Part shown: in pieces, positions 52,067 through 64,000 of the stretch
How positions within the stretch are numbered: position 1 is the first letter of the stretch
How the letters are laid out: each line of letters opens with the position of its first letter
Assembly: GCA_965202585.1 (NCBI GenBank)
Contig: OZ241828.1
Span: 65,968,001 to 66,032,000, forward strand
Length of the DNA stretch: 64,000 nucleotides
DNA from: Thalia democratica
Taxonomy: Eukaryota
Direction: 5' to 3'
Program-made: the position numbers and the translations under genes
Notes under the pieces: generated by a model
Database searches by the model: none
Told to the model about the DNA's origin: nothing
Seen by the model: the letters and a program-made list of their open reading frames with translations, nothing else

Positions 52067-55000
52067 ACTTGGTATATATTTACTAAGAGATATTCTTAGC
52101 TTTTGAATAGTTTTACACTTAATGTATTTTACTAATGTTGTGAACTAGCTTATCTTTTTATAAAAATGTAAAAAAAAATTATCTTATTTATTAGAGTGTG
52201 TTTAATTTAATTTAAAGAAGTGATTGAAAAAAAATGGAAAACAGCTTTTTAAATTTATACAAAGTTGCCACAACTGTAAAATAATCTGAACTTTTAAATT
52301 ATTTTTATGAATAGTTCAGGTTGGCAAATTTTTTTTTCTTGTAAAACTACAGCTAGTTTTGAACTTTTAACACAGATTTCAGGATATATTTTTTAGCTTT
52401 AAAATGTGTTTTTCTTAAATCAAATTTATAATATCAAGCTTTTAAATCTTATTATTTAAACAAATCACAAATACTTTTCAAAAACTTGAGTTTTTTTATT
52501 TTTAAAATTTTATTAGATTTTTTTCTTAGTTTTAGAGTTGCCAAAAACCTGGAATCCTAGAACTTGTCAATTTTAGCTCAAAAAACCTAGAATTAGTATT
52601 TTTTTGAAAACCTTAAGTTTTGAACAAAATCACTAAAAAAACTGGAATTAAAATAAAATACCTATAATAAAAAAAATTACAAGTTGACACAAAAAATCTA
52701 TACATGTACACATTTGATGTTATCTTAAATTTTTATTTTATTAAAAGACATATTTAAAGTAACTTTACAGTATCTTTTCAATACTGTTATACTGTTGAAG
52801 ACAGTTTTTTTACCTTAAACTTTCTTTCATAGTAAAAATATACCAAAACATGTACACACTTCTGAAAACCTGGAAAAAAATTAGATATCCTTGAATTTTT
52901 CTTACAAAGACCTTAGGCAAACTTGTAAATTGTAAACGGTTTTAAATCCTAGGATGACTTAAAACAGTCAACAGTTCAAGGTCAACTTAAAAACAAAAAC
53001 ATGATTTTTCAAAAATTCAGACTTACTAAGGCTCACTTTTTTCTTAATTAGAAAATTTTAGATACGTATTTAAAATTTTTGGCTTTTTTTACTTTAATAT
53101 ATTTTTTTGCTATTAAAATTGTTAAAATTATATAATGTTTCAAATCAGTCTAAATTTTAAAGCAGGTAGAGACATTTAGTTTATTACTAAACAAGTTTGC
53201 CACACACTCAGTATAACTAGGACTAGTTAAAAAATTTATAAAATTATAGGCTTTTTAATTTTTTTTTTAGTGAAAAACAATATAGTTTTGAAAATTATCC
53301 TAAACAATTTTTTTTTGAATATTTTATATATTAAGTCCTGTTATATTGTACTAGAAAGCAAAATCCATCAGAAAAGAAGTAACTTAACTATTTATTAAAG
53401 TACCTGTAAAAAATTTCTAGAATTTTATAAATTCATTGACTTTACAAGTAATTTTTTCTTTACATGTACTTAAGTTGTAAAATTAAGTTCATCTTTGAAT
53501 ATTAACATTAATCAGTTATAAACTTGATATTGTTTAAAAAGAAAAAAAACTACAAACTTAAAATTTAGAAAACGGAATTAGAAGTATCATCTCAGCGCAG
53601 CATCGGACAAAAAGACCAGGACAGTGGCTAATAAAAAAAGTGAAAAGACGACCAGAAACAGAGCTTTTAATGGATTGAAATTTTTAATTGCTTATTTTTT
53701 ATTTTTTGTTTATATGAAATAAGAATCAACAAGAAAAATAAAAATAAATTAATTGAGTAGTAGTTTGTTATTTTTGCATTCTAAGATGACTAAGTACCAG
53801 TTCAATTGTTGAAATGTTTTTGCTAAATTAGTATTTAAGTTAAGAGTGTGCAACAATTTTATTCAGCGGACCAGATGTGAAAAAATTTAATTAATGGTTT
53901 ACCAGAACGTTTAAGTTATATTTGTTACACGAATTATAAGTAATTTTTGTCAAAATGCTAATCTTATATGACCATTTTTAATTATGAAGATTTTTAAATC
54001 CCACAAATTAAACTTATGGTTTTTTCGTATAATTTTTAACTCCTAGAATTTCTGATGTAAGTTTTACCTCTCCTGGCCGGATTCCACTTAAACTCTGTAA
54101 GTACTTTCAGAACGCTTTTTTTTCTCTGCGGTTCCTAAAATTTGAATTGAGCGATAAAAATAAATATATTGCTTTGAAGTTAAGATTAAAGAAAACATTC
54201 AGAAGTGCATAAATTTGTGTGAGTTTTTCATAAACTAATAAGCTAGGGTCTAACAACAAAGCTCAGAAATTGCTGCAGTATGCTATTATAAATATTAAAG
54301 CTGTTTACGTATTTTTACCACTAGCAGCGTAATTAAGGGGTACACAAAAAATCTTTATCGCAGTGTGTTGGGCAAAGAATTTTATCAGCTTGAAGACCAC
54401 TGAGTTAGTGTGTTGTGGCAGCTGTGTGAAAGATTAATAGAAGAAATCTTACTGAGAACTTATTGTATATGTTAATCGTAAATATTGTTTAGATATAAAG
54501 TTAAAGTTAAAATTAATATTAACTGCTTTAAATTATTTAAGATAAGTTTATAAAAAATAATAGGTATTATATATTTTATTGTTTTATTGCTCTCTAAAAG
54601 TTTTATTTAATATTCATTAATTGCTTAAGTCTTTTTGAAATAGATTTAAATAGTTACCAGTTATTTAAGTGTTTTATAACTTACTGCATTAAAACTTGGT
54701 TAAATGATTAGTTGCACTTTTACCAAGTGATTTATAAAATTTTAAAAGTGATTTTTATATTTTAATATAGTGCTAGTATTTCTTTGTGGTTCTTTTGTAT
54801 AATAGATACATCACTCCAAACTCTCTTGTCTGGTTATATAAAGAAGTCTAGAATAGCTTCAAGTATTTATAGATAACATCCACTGATAAGTATAAGTTAG
54901 CACAAAAGTATTTTGAATTTTTAAGTCCAACTTAAATAGTATAAATGAAAATTTGCTTGCAGTGGGTCTTAAGCATAAGCGTGTTAGAAAGTCACCCCGC

Positions 55001-55149
55001 CTGCAGAAAATATAAGCAAAAAGAACAAGTTGAAAATCTACCCACACAAAGTCAACCACACCTAATTGAGACTTTGAATGTTGGCCCACCAACATCCTAA
55101 CCTCACAGCATGTTAACAAGTAAGATACATCTACTTAGCGGTATACTAT

Positions 55150-55472
55150 CAAAGTTCAGCCAAGTTCAAAATCCGCCCGAGTCAAAATCGACCCAATCAA
55201 AATCAACCCAAGTCGAAATCCACCCGATCAAAATCCAGCCGAGTCAATATCAACCTGGTCGAAATCAACACAATCAAAATCAACACGAGTCAAAATTACT
55301 CTATCAAAATCAATCCGAGTCGAAATCACTCCATCAAAATGAATTCGAATCATATTCCACCCGATCAAAGTCCGTACGATTAAAATCCAACCGAGTCAAT
55401 ATCCATCAAAGTCAAAATCCACCTGATCAAAATCAACCCAAGTCAAAATTTACCCAAGTCAAAATCAACCCG
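55150..55472 (+). repeat. Same minisatellite, copy B
   Basis: Duplicate of 8505-8826. Confidence 0.9.
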
Positions 55473-55754
55473 TGTCTAAACAAACACCTCGCTCTATTTA
55501 TTTCTTTTTGAATTAAATACCATTTAAGTAATTCCTCACACTTCCAATTACTAATCTAAAACAAATCTCATTTGCAGAAATAACTGGCACTTACTAAAGT
55601 CTTATTTTTCTCTCCGTTATAAAAAAACTTAAGAATAAAGATTTGTATTACAGATTATATTTATTATGCGATGCTTTTGGAGTTGTTATTTAGTATTTTT
55701 GCTCGTTATATAGAATTTTTAACGAATTTTTTTTTTTCTTGATTACTGAATATA

Positions 55755-58700
55755 GGGTGGCTTCGCGTTTAGCCACTAAATCTTTCACTCTACTGAGCAC
55801 GAAAGATAGCTTTTTTCAAGAGAGTTTTCAACGGTTTTTAAGAAGCTAACTGTTATCTAATATGAAAGTTCATTATCGTAAAAAGTTAAATAAAGATGAA
55901 ACCAATTTGAGTTGGATAAATTATATTTTAATATCAGTTTTAAACGGGCTAATTTTAAAATGTTTTTTACTGTATTCTTACACTATACTTTATCTAACTT
56001 TCACTATTTATACAAGTTAGTTGTGTTGTTTTTTAGATTAATATAACTAAATAAAAATTGTTTTATTACAAAATTACATGTAAAAATCAACGTTATCTAT
56101 TCAAAAATTAATTTATATATAAATAAAATATTAAGATATAATGACTGTGGTAAAATAAAACTTATAAAATAATTGAAAGTTTTAATTAATCAACTTTTAT
56201 AACTTTTCTACATTTAACATAAATAAAATTACATAATTAATAAATATATTTTAATAAAAGCATAATTTAAAATACTTTATTTAAAAATAAATCTACTTAC
56301 ACAAAGGGATGTTTTTAGCATATATTAATTTTTTAATTGTATCTTTTTTAATATAAACTAATAAAAAGTAGCATTTACTCATTTACAGTATGATAATAAA
56401 TTGCATATGGAAGAATTCAGACTTTAGATATAGTTTGATAAAAACTGGTAAACGAATATACTTTTTCTTATAAAACTAAAAAGAAACTGTTGAAACGTAA
56501 TAAAAAAAATTTATAGATTAAAAGGTTGGATTTGATCAGTTTTAACTAAAAATAACATTAATATAATTTTTATTAAAAAAACACAAAAAATATTTTTAAA
56601 CGTAATAACTAGAACTCATTTTTAGTACTCATAGGTAATAGTTTTAAAAGTTTCAACTAAATGTTTTCAATACTTATTCTTTCAGTTAAAATAAACACGA
56701 AAAACAGTTTAAATGTCCTTAGTAGAACCTTTTTGTACATAAATAACATTAGTATTTGGTCGAGGCATGGCTTTTTAGTCAATTTAAATAGATAATATGA
56801 GAATAAATGCACTTATAAAGTTTAATAGACACGAAAACAAAGTTAAAGCATTCAAAATGTTGTTTTTTTTTTCATAAATTAGACAGTTTTAATGGTAAGT
56901 TAACAGTTTTAATAAAAAAAAATTTAGTTTTAGTAACAAAAAACATAAAACGCTTATAAAACCTCTTATGTTTTTAGCACAAAATTACATAACAAAATAA
57001 AAATGTAGTTTAAGCAGGTATAGTATATAAACTTACAATAAAAAAACTTTTTAACAGAAACATGAACACAATTAAAGCGTCTTTGAAGTTATTTTAAACA
57101 AAGTTTTGAGAAAAAAAACAACTCCTGTATTTAATAAAGAAGATAAATTTTCCTAGAAATTTATATATACAATCCTTGTTGACAACTTATATAACAATTC
57201 AGATAGTTTCATAATCCGTTCGGAAGTTCTGAGCTTCGTAACAGTTTGTATAAGTAATATAATTTCTTATGACAATAAACAATTTAAAATTGTTTTGCAA
57301 GCATTTAAAAATAAAAAAGATAATCTTAAAAATAACACACTTTTTGGTGAAAATAAAAACAAAAAATTTTTAAAACAATAAGTAGAGGTTTTTTTTTACA
57401 TAAATTATAGAAATAGTTAAAAAATGTTACTTTCAATAAATGAACTTTTAGGTTTAAACAACCACAAAAGAATTTTTAAAACGAGATTAAAGTTGTTGTA
57501 AACAGTTTATTTTAAAAATTAACAAGTTTGTACTGTATCTTATGTTTGATTAATGAATTCATTTTTTTATTAAGAAAATAGTTACGCAGTTAATTGTTTT
57601 ATCATATATTTCTTAAACTTACATTAAAGTATATAACTGCAGTGCAGAAACTTTTAAAAAATTTCTTAAGTTATGAAATTCATAAAAGCTAAATATAAAA
57701 ATTAAAGCAAGGTTTAATGGCCAAGTGGTTGAGACGCCAGGCTTGTAACCATTTAAACCTCAAATGTCTGGGTTCAAAACCCATCACAACTATATTTTTG
57801 ATCATTGTTTGGTGATCTGTTGGACCCACATTTTAGGATCCGACCCAATGTTTCATGTAATTTTGATTAAGAAAAAAAAAACTTTCAAAAACTATTTTAG
57901 ATAAATATTATCTTATAGTATATATATATTCTAATTTTTCAAAGAAAAGTCAATGTTAAATAAAAATATTAAATAATTTCAACTCCCTATGGCCTTAAAA
58001 ATAAATAGTTTGGTCATAAGCTTCTTAATTCTTTTATCAAACTGTCGAAATTGGATTTTCAACTACTAATGCATAAATCAGTTCCTGAAAATATGAAGTT
58101 AATTTATTAAAAAACTAAGAAGACCGAATTTTAGTAGTTTTATTTTTTAATTTAGAGGAAATCACCAATGTAAAATTGTTCTTCTATATTTCTATGAAGC
58201 ATTTTATACAAAAGACTTTATCACAAAAGTTAATTAACATTTTTCATTCTATGAAAATTATCTTACGGTAATAAATTATCTTATGGCATATAATTTTTAG
58301 CTTTTATAAATATATTTAAATCTAATAAAAAAAAGGATAAATGGTTCAAAAGGCATAAGAGTGGTTTCGGATTCATAAATAACTTAGTACTCACCTTTTG
58401 ACTCAAAAAGTTTTGAGTCTAAATGTTTTGTTTCTTTAAAACTTGTTTCTTTAAAAAATCAGTATAAGAATCACATTAGCTCTCCTGATATAATCAGGGC
58501 TAATTGAATTTATCTTACTGAAATTTTAAGATACTAGTTGTAATGTATAAGTTCTTCCCAATAAATGTTTTTATTTTTATTTATGTGATAAATCAAAATA
58601 TAAGCGTTTATAACAGTGTTTCAAAATAAAACAAAGTTATAAAAACTACAATTCTTAGTTTTCATAAACTCAAAAAAAAATCTTTCAAAAAAAACAAATG

Positions 58701-58978
58701 GACTTAAAATATTATAATATTGACATTATTATTACATTCTTAGATCAGGCTAACATCAATTTTATTTATCTATGTGCTGTTAACTGTGTCATCGTTACGA
58801 CTGTCTATAACATTAAATATTATAAGATTTTATTGTTTCACTCAAAAAAATTATGTTGTGTTTTACTGTTTAGCTCTTAGCAACAACTTATACGGTTGAA
58901 TGATTTTACCTCATTCAAAAAAGCTAACTTTCGTGCTCAGTAGAGCGAAGAATTTGGTGGCTAAACGCGAATCCACCC
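55755..58978. mobile_element. Same TIR element, copy B
   Basis: Both TIRs preserved in the duplicate. Confidence 0.75.
57707..57790 (+). pseudogene. tRNA-derived relic, copy B
   Basis: Duplicate of 11058-11143. Confidence 0.6.
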
Positions 58979-61900
58979 CAAATTTAAAATCCGGGAAAAA
59001 CCTGGAACTTGACAATCTAGGCTAAAAAAACCTGGGAAACCTAGAATTTTGAGAATTTTGGAAAAAAAAACCTGGGATTTAAAATTCACTACCTGCGTTT
59101 ATAGATGAGAAATTTGTTGGGTTGCCACCAATGAGTTCAGTTTCTGTTCAAAGCAAATACAGCAGCACAGCTTCGAGTTGTTTGTAGTTTCAGCAGCCGA
59201 ATCAAAAAACAAGAAACCATCCGGCAAACCATGTTATTTCAGAAGAACCTGATTGCAAACAACAAATTCACTGACAGTTGTTATTTTTTGATTTTTTGAT
59301 CAGCAAACAATCTTTATTTATTTTTAATAATTTTCAAGTTTGGTTTTACAAGCTTGTTTTCGACTTTAACTTTAAACGTTAGAACTAACACATACTCCTT
59401 ATGTTTAATTACTTTTAAGAAGTTTTGTGTTATTTATGTTTGTTTGTGAACACTTATCTTCATTTTTATAAAAAGGTTGTATAATAAAACCAATTTTTTA
59501 TACAAACGTTGCTGTTTTAGTTTTTAAATCTCAAATATATTTCAATTTGTTACTTATTCTTTAAACTACAAGAAAAATGTTGTTGCAGTAGTATCTATTT
59601 TTTACATAAAATTTTCTATTCTTACATTTAAAAATATTAATAATTATAAGAACGCTAACATAGAAAATTTAAGTAAGTTTTTGAAAACGTAAACACTTTT
59701 TACGATGTCAAGAAAATAAATTAGTTTGAAAGTCGTAAATGACATAATTAAAACTTTAGCTGAATAGATTTTTTTACGTGTACGGTCGTAAACTTGTTAG
59801 TTTTTTTTGTAAAAGTGTGAATTATAAAGTACTTTAGCTATTTTTTTATTTGTTATTTTGTTAGGATAAAAAAAAAATTGTATAATACATATGCAGTTTT
59901 GTTAAATAAGTTTGTTTTGTTAAAAAAACAAAAAAATTATGATGTTCTATCTAATTTATCTTATATTGTTTAAAAGCAAATTTTAAAGAGTTAAACATTT
60001 TTACAACAATGATACTATTCAAATTGTTTTCTAATTATTCAAGCTTTCTAAAACGTTTAAGTAAAAAAATATGTTAACAGATATAAACCAACATGTTAAA
60101 TACCACACAACGGCGCAAAAGAGTCAGTTGGGTTGCTTAGCAACATGAACAGCCCTTTTAAGACTTCCTTCACATCAGGACCATTATCTAACTTCACCTG
60201 TCGAAGTTTCCACTTCAGATTTCTATAGTGATCAAAGTCAATGAAATAATTTTTTTATTTTTTATGTTAAATAAATATTTTGGTAATTATAAAAACTTGG
60301 TAATAATATTTTATTTTAATGAAATAATACTTTTTTATATATTTTTATTTGAAGTTTGGCTAATTTTTGTTTACTTTAATGAAAAAAACATTTTTTTTTT
60401 AATTTTGTTATCGGCTAAAAATGGGTTTTAACTATGTAAAAATTTATAGATAATTTTTGTTTTAAATATAACTATAACTGTTTAACTTATAATTAATAAA
60501 AGCACGTTTTTTGTCGAAATTGATTAGAGCTGCTGATATTTTTTTTATTAATGTTGTTTAAGCTTAAATACAATCATATATTTGCTAAATTGTACATATA
60601 TGTTTATAAATTTCATAAATATGGACTTTAGTTAAATATATTTTTGACTCACAGAAATTTAGTTTACTGTGAGAAATAATTTTTTGAAATCTGATTGTTT
60701 TTAGCATATGTGTTATGACTTTAAAATTGAGTTTTATAAAAACTATCACAATATTTAAGATATTTACTGTCTTATTTAGATTTGATTATAAGCTTTCAAA
60801 AAAAAAAATAACCAACTTCAACTAAGAAATATTTTATGTAGAATAAAAAAATGAAAATTCGACACTTTAAATGCAAAAAATTAAATTGCACACAAAAACA
60901 CTACTAGAAGTGTATATAACGAAACAAAATTAAATAATATAAAAGTTTTATTCACTATTTTAAAAGTTATAAACTGCTGAAAAAAGTACCAGGTACAATA
61001 TATAAGCCTTTGTTCAAGTATTGTCTTCATATTTTACAAAAAATTTTAAAAGCAAAATAAAAAATTGCACAAAAACACGATTGATTTAGTCCGGCAATTG
61101 TTTTTCCGATTTTTGAAATACCAATGCAATCAATTTTGAAGTGCAGTTTTACTGTTAGTCCAATAAGTTGTTTGTTCTGAGTTTAATACGACTTTTAACA
61201 CGGGACAGTTGCATTTTGTTGAAGAGCAGTTTATAAAATTCTAACAAAAAAGCTTTGTTAGAAAATGTATAATTTTAAAATTAATTTTTAGTGTAAAATT
61301 AACTTGAACTTAGTGATTAGTCATATTAGTACAATTTATTTATGTTTTTTACTGAATAACAAAACAACTTTCTTATACATTTACATTAAAGTGTATTATC
61401 CGTTTTATTGGAAATTAAGTATATATAATTAGTTGTATTACAGCTTTTAATGGCAATAATTGTTCGTTTTTCTAGATTAATTGTTAAAAATTTGAATAGT
61501 AAATATTAATTGATATGAAGGATGAATTCTAGTATGAATTACTTAATCCCTAAATAGTTATAATTTCAAGTATTGTATAGTGATATAAAATATCGTTTAA
61601 AAGCTATTATTTTAATTTTTGCCATTGTTCTCAAGAAAGTAGTAAATACTTTAGTTTAAACTAAGCAAACGTATTTATGATTCATTACTTAATTTAGTGT
61701 TTCTTAAGTTTTAAATAGTAGCACTTGAAAGATAAGATAATAAAAAAAAGTAGCTCGTATTAACTGATTAATCAATGTATTAGTAACTAATTGTTGTTAG
61801 CTTAAAATTAACGTAACTTGTTAACTTGAGTGCATTTATAATTTTAGCTGTTATCAAGTAAGTAGTTTTTTAAGTTAATATTTTATTAGTCTGTTGTTTC

Positions 61901-62323
61901 TTGTCATATGACAAAACGAGAAAATAAATAAAAAAAATTATCAAATTAAAAGAAACTGGATTATTTTTGTCTAAATAAACAAAAACGTTTTAAAGTTTTG
62001 TATATATAATTTTTGATTATTCATAAAATTAATTTAGATAGGAAAATATTTTAAATAATATCTAAGAAATCTCACAGTAAAAAGACATTAATAAAAAATA
62101 AAAATTTGTAAAGCAAGTTTAATGATAAACAATATTTTGCATGCATATAGATATTTTAATCTTCGCTCTTACTTTACGTTATAAGCGTTGGAATTTGGTA
62201 CTACCTAACTTCTTATTACTTGAAGTAAATATTCCTAAGTTTTAGAAAAGTATATAAAATTACTTCAAATCTACAGCTAACCATAAAATAAACAATTTTT
62301 TAATTTGTCATTAACAATTTTTA

Positions 62324-62399
62324 AAGAAAACCATACATTTTAATTGAAAATTAAGTAGAAACAATTACTTAATTTTCAATTAAAATGTATGGTTTTCTT
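62324..62399. repeat. Perfect 34-bp-stem hairpin with 8-nt loop
   Basis: aagaaaaccatacattttaattgaaaattaagta / gaaacaat / exact reverse complement. Confidence 0.95.
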
Positions 62400-63194
62400 A
62401 AAAAATATTAACATCAAAAAAACAAAAAAAAAGCTAAAAAAATAGAATAAGTTCTAATTTTACAAACTATAAGCAAAAAGTTTAAAAAGTATTACATGTT
62501 TGTACACTATTAACTTTTAGGTATTTTGGATTTTAAAATTTAACGCCTTATAAAATAGTTCATAAAATTAAATTCAAAAAATAAGGTCTATATAGTAAAT
62601 TAAATTAAATTTATATACTTTTTATCTATTTATCTTTTTTAATTAGAAAAATGTATTGACGACCATTAATATTTTTAAAATGTATTAGAACAGTTATTCT
62701 ATGGTTTTCTTTACAGTAAAGACATAAAAAAAATCAAATGTTTAAATAGAAAAATAAAAGAAAAGTTGTCAAGTTTATACTAGAAAATATAATTGGTAAA
62801 AGAATACCTGTATAAAATACTATTGAATGATGTCTATTGAAATAACCATTTTAACCTAACTAAGTTATTACTTAAATACCAACTTAATAGTGCACCCTTT
62901 TTATCGGTCTTACTTTTATATCGGTAAAAAAATATATAAATATGAATATCTTTCATAATAAAAATTGTTGATTTTGAAAATATTTTAATATTTTTTTGCT
63001 TTGTGCCTTAGTGTTTTTTACAGTATAAACACTAGTTATTAAAATAAAAACAAAAATTAAGTCATTAGTCAAAGTAGCTAAACTCTAAAACACAAATAAG
63101 TTTCATAGATACTTGTTTTTACAGATAAACCTTTGAAACCTTTTAAACAATTATTTTGTCATCAGCAAATTACTAGCAGCTGCTAAACAAAAAC

Positions 63195-63845
63195 TCAAAT
63201 AAACTTTCAAATAATTTTTTAATTACTTATTGTTATCTTGCCAAAATAAAAACTTCTCTAAAGAAGATTGCATTAGTGTTCTTCACAAACTTTTTTTGTT
63301 TAATTTTTTTTCCAAATTGATTTTTAATTATTTTTTTTGAAGTTTTAGTTTTGTAACCAACCTTGATAACTATTATAATTTTTAATTTTTATCTGAATTT
63401 AGTTCTTTTTGAATAAAATATTTAAAATCTATTATTGTAAAAACAGTTTATAAAATTAATAGTTTCAACTAGTTAAAAAAAAAATTAATACAAAAGTATC
63501 TTCATTTTCTTACTTAAGTTTTAATACTTTTTCTACACAGTTGTATAACCTTAACTTAAATTTTTTAGTATATAGTCTAACTTTTAAGTAAAAGTTATAG
63601 TAATAAAAAGTAGTTGAAGAAATAGTAATTATATAAAGTTTAAGTTGATATATAAACGATGCAAAATTTAAGTAGTGATAATTTTTAAATAAATTTTTAT
63701 GGTTTAACAACAGTGAAAAAGTTTGAAAACAGTTGAGTTCTAAAAACGACAGTTTAGATAGACTTTAAAACAAATTTTTTGTTTGTTACAACCTTACTAG
63801 GTTTAAAAGAACTTTAAACCAGATCAAAAACGAACTTTTTTATAA
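63195..63845 (-). repeat. Inverted, diverged copy of 15642-16325
   Basis: For example 63781-63845 is the reverse complement of 15642-15705, 63481-63640 of ~15880-16030 and 63230-63300 of ~16220-16300. Confidence 0.9.
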
Positions 63846-64000
63846 AAGTCTTATATGTCGAAAAAACAGACGGCTACACTAAATATTGTAAATATAATTT
63901 ACGACTTTTAGCATCACTAAGTGTTACACAAAAGTTCATTTAATACTAAAAACAATAAGAGAAATTTTGAAGTTCTAGGATGTAAAAAAAAAACAAGGAT

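Larger units (their letters stand above)
46463..62320 (+). repeat. Segmental duplication, copy B
   Basis: Same colinear alignment; contains an extra 1079-bp insertion at 46551-47629 that copy A lacks. Confidence 0.98.

Overview
Very AT-rich, intron-containing animal DNA. Composition and repeat landscape suggest Hydra or another cnidarian (inference only). Both ends of the window are one ~14.7 kb segmental duplication (copy A ~905-15635, copy B ~46463-62320). By eye the copies are near-identical up to A~13340/B~60010 and clearly more diverged after that. Copy B carries an extra 1079-bp hAT-type element with an 8-bp TSD and ends at a perfect 34-bp hairpin, followed by an inverted copy of the next A segment. 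The duplicated block holds a decayed PARP-like pseudogene, a 3.2-kb TIR element with a nested tRNA-derived relic, MITEs and a minisatellite. The single-copy middle holds genes the ORF track shows only as fragments, which I reassembled by splicing: a six-exon FLYWCH zinc-finger gene, a RING-H2 pseudogene, a 155-aa secreted cystine-knot protein (CxGxC...CxC, Spaetzle/neurotrophin/CKH-like), a Ser/Thr-rich putative GPI-anchored protein (5' end unresolved) and a 168-aa Ly6/uPAR three-finger GPI protein. Two inverted-repeat elements carry Penelope-type hammerhead-like cores. All identities are by-eye estimates and no database search was possible.
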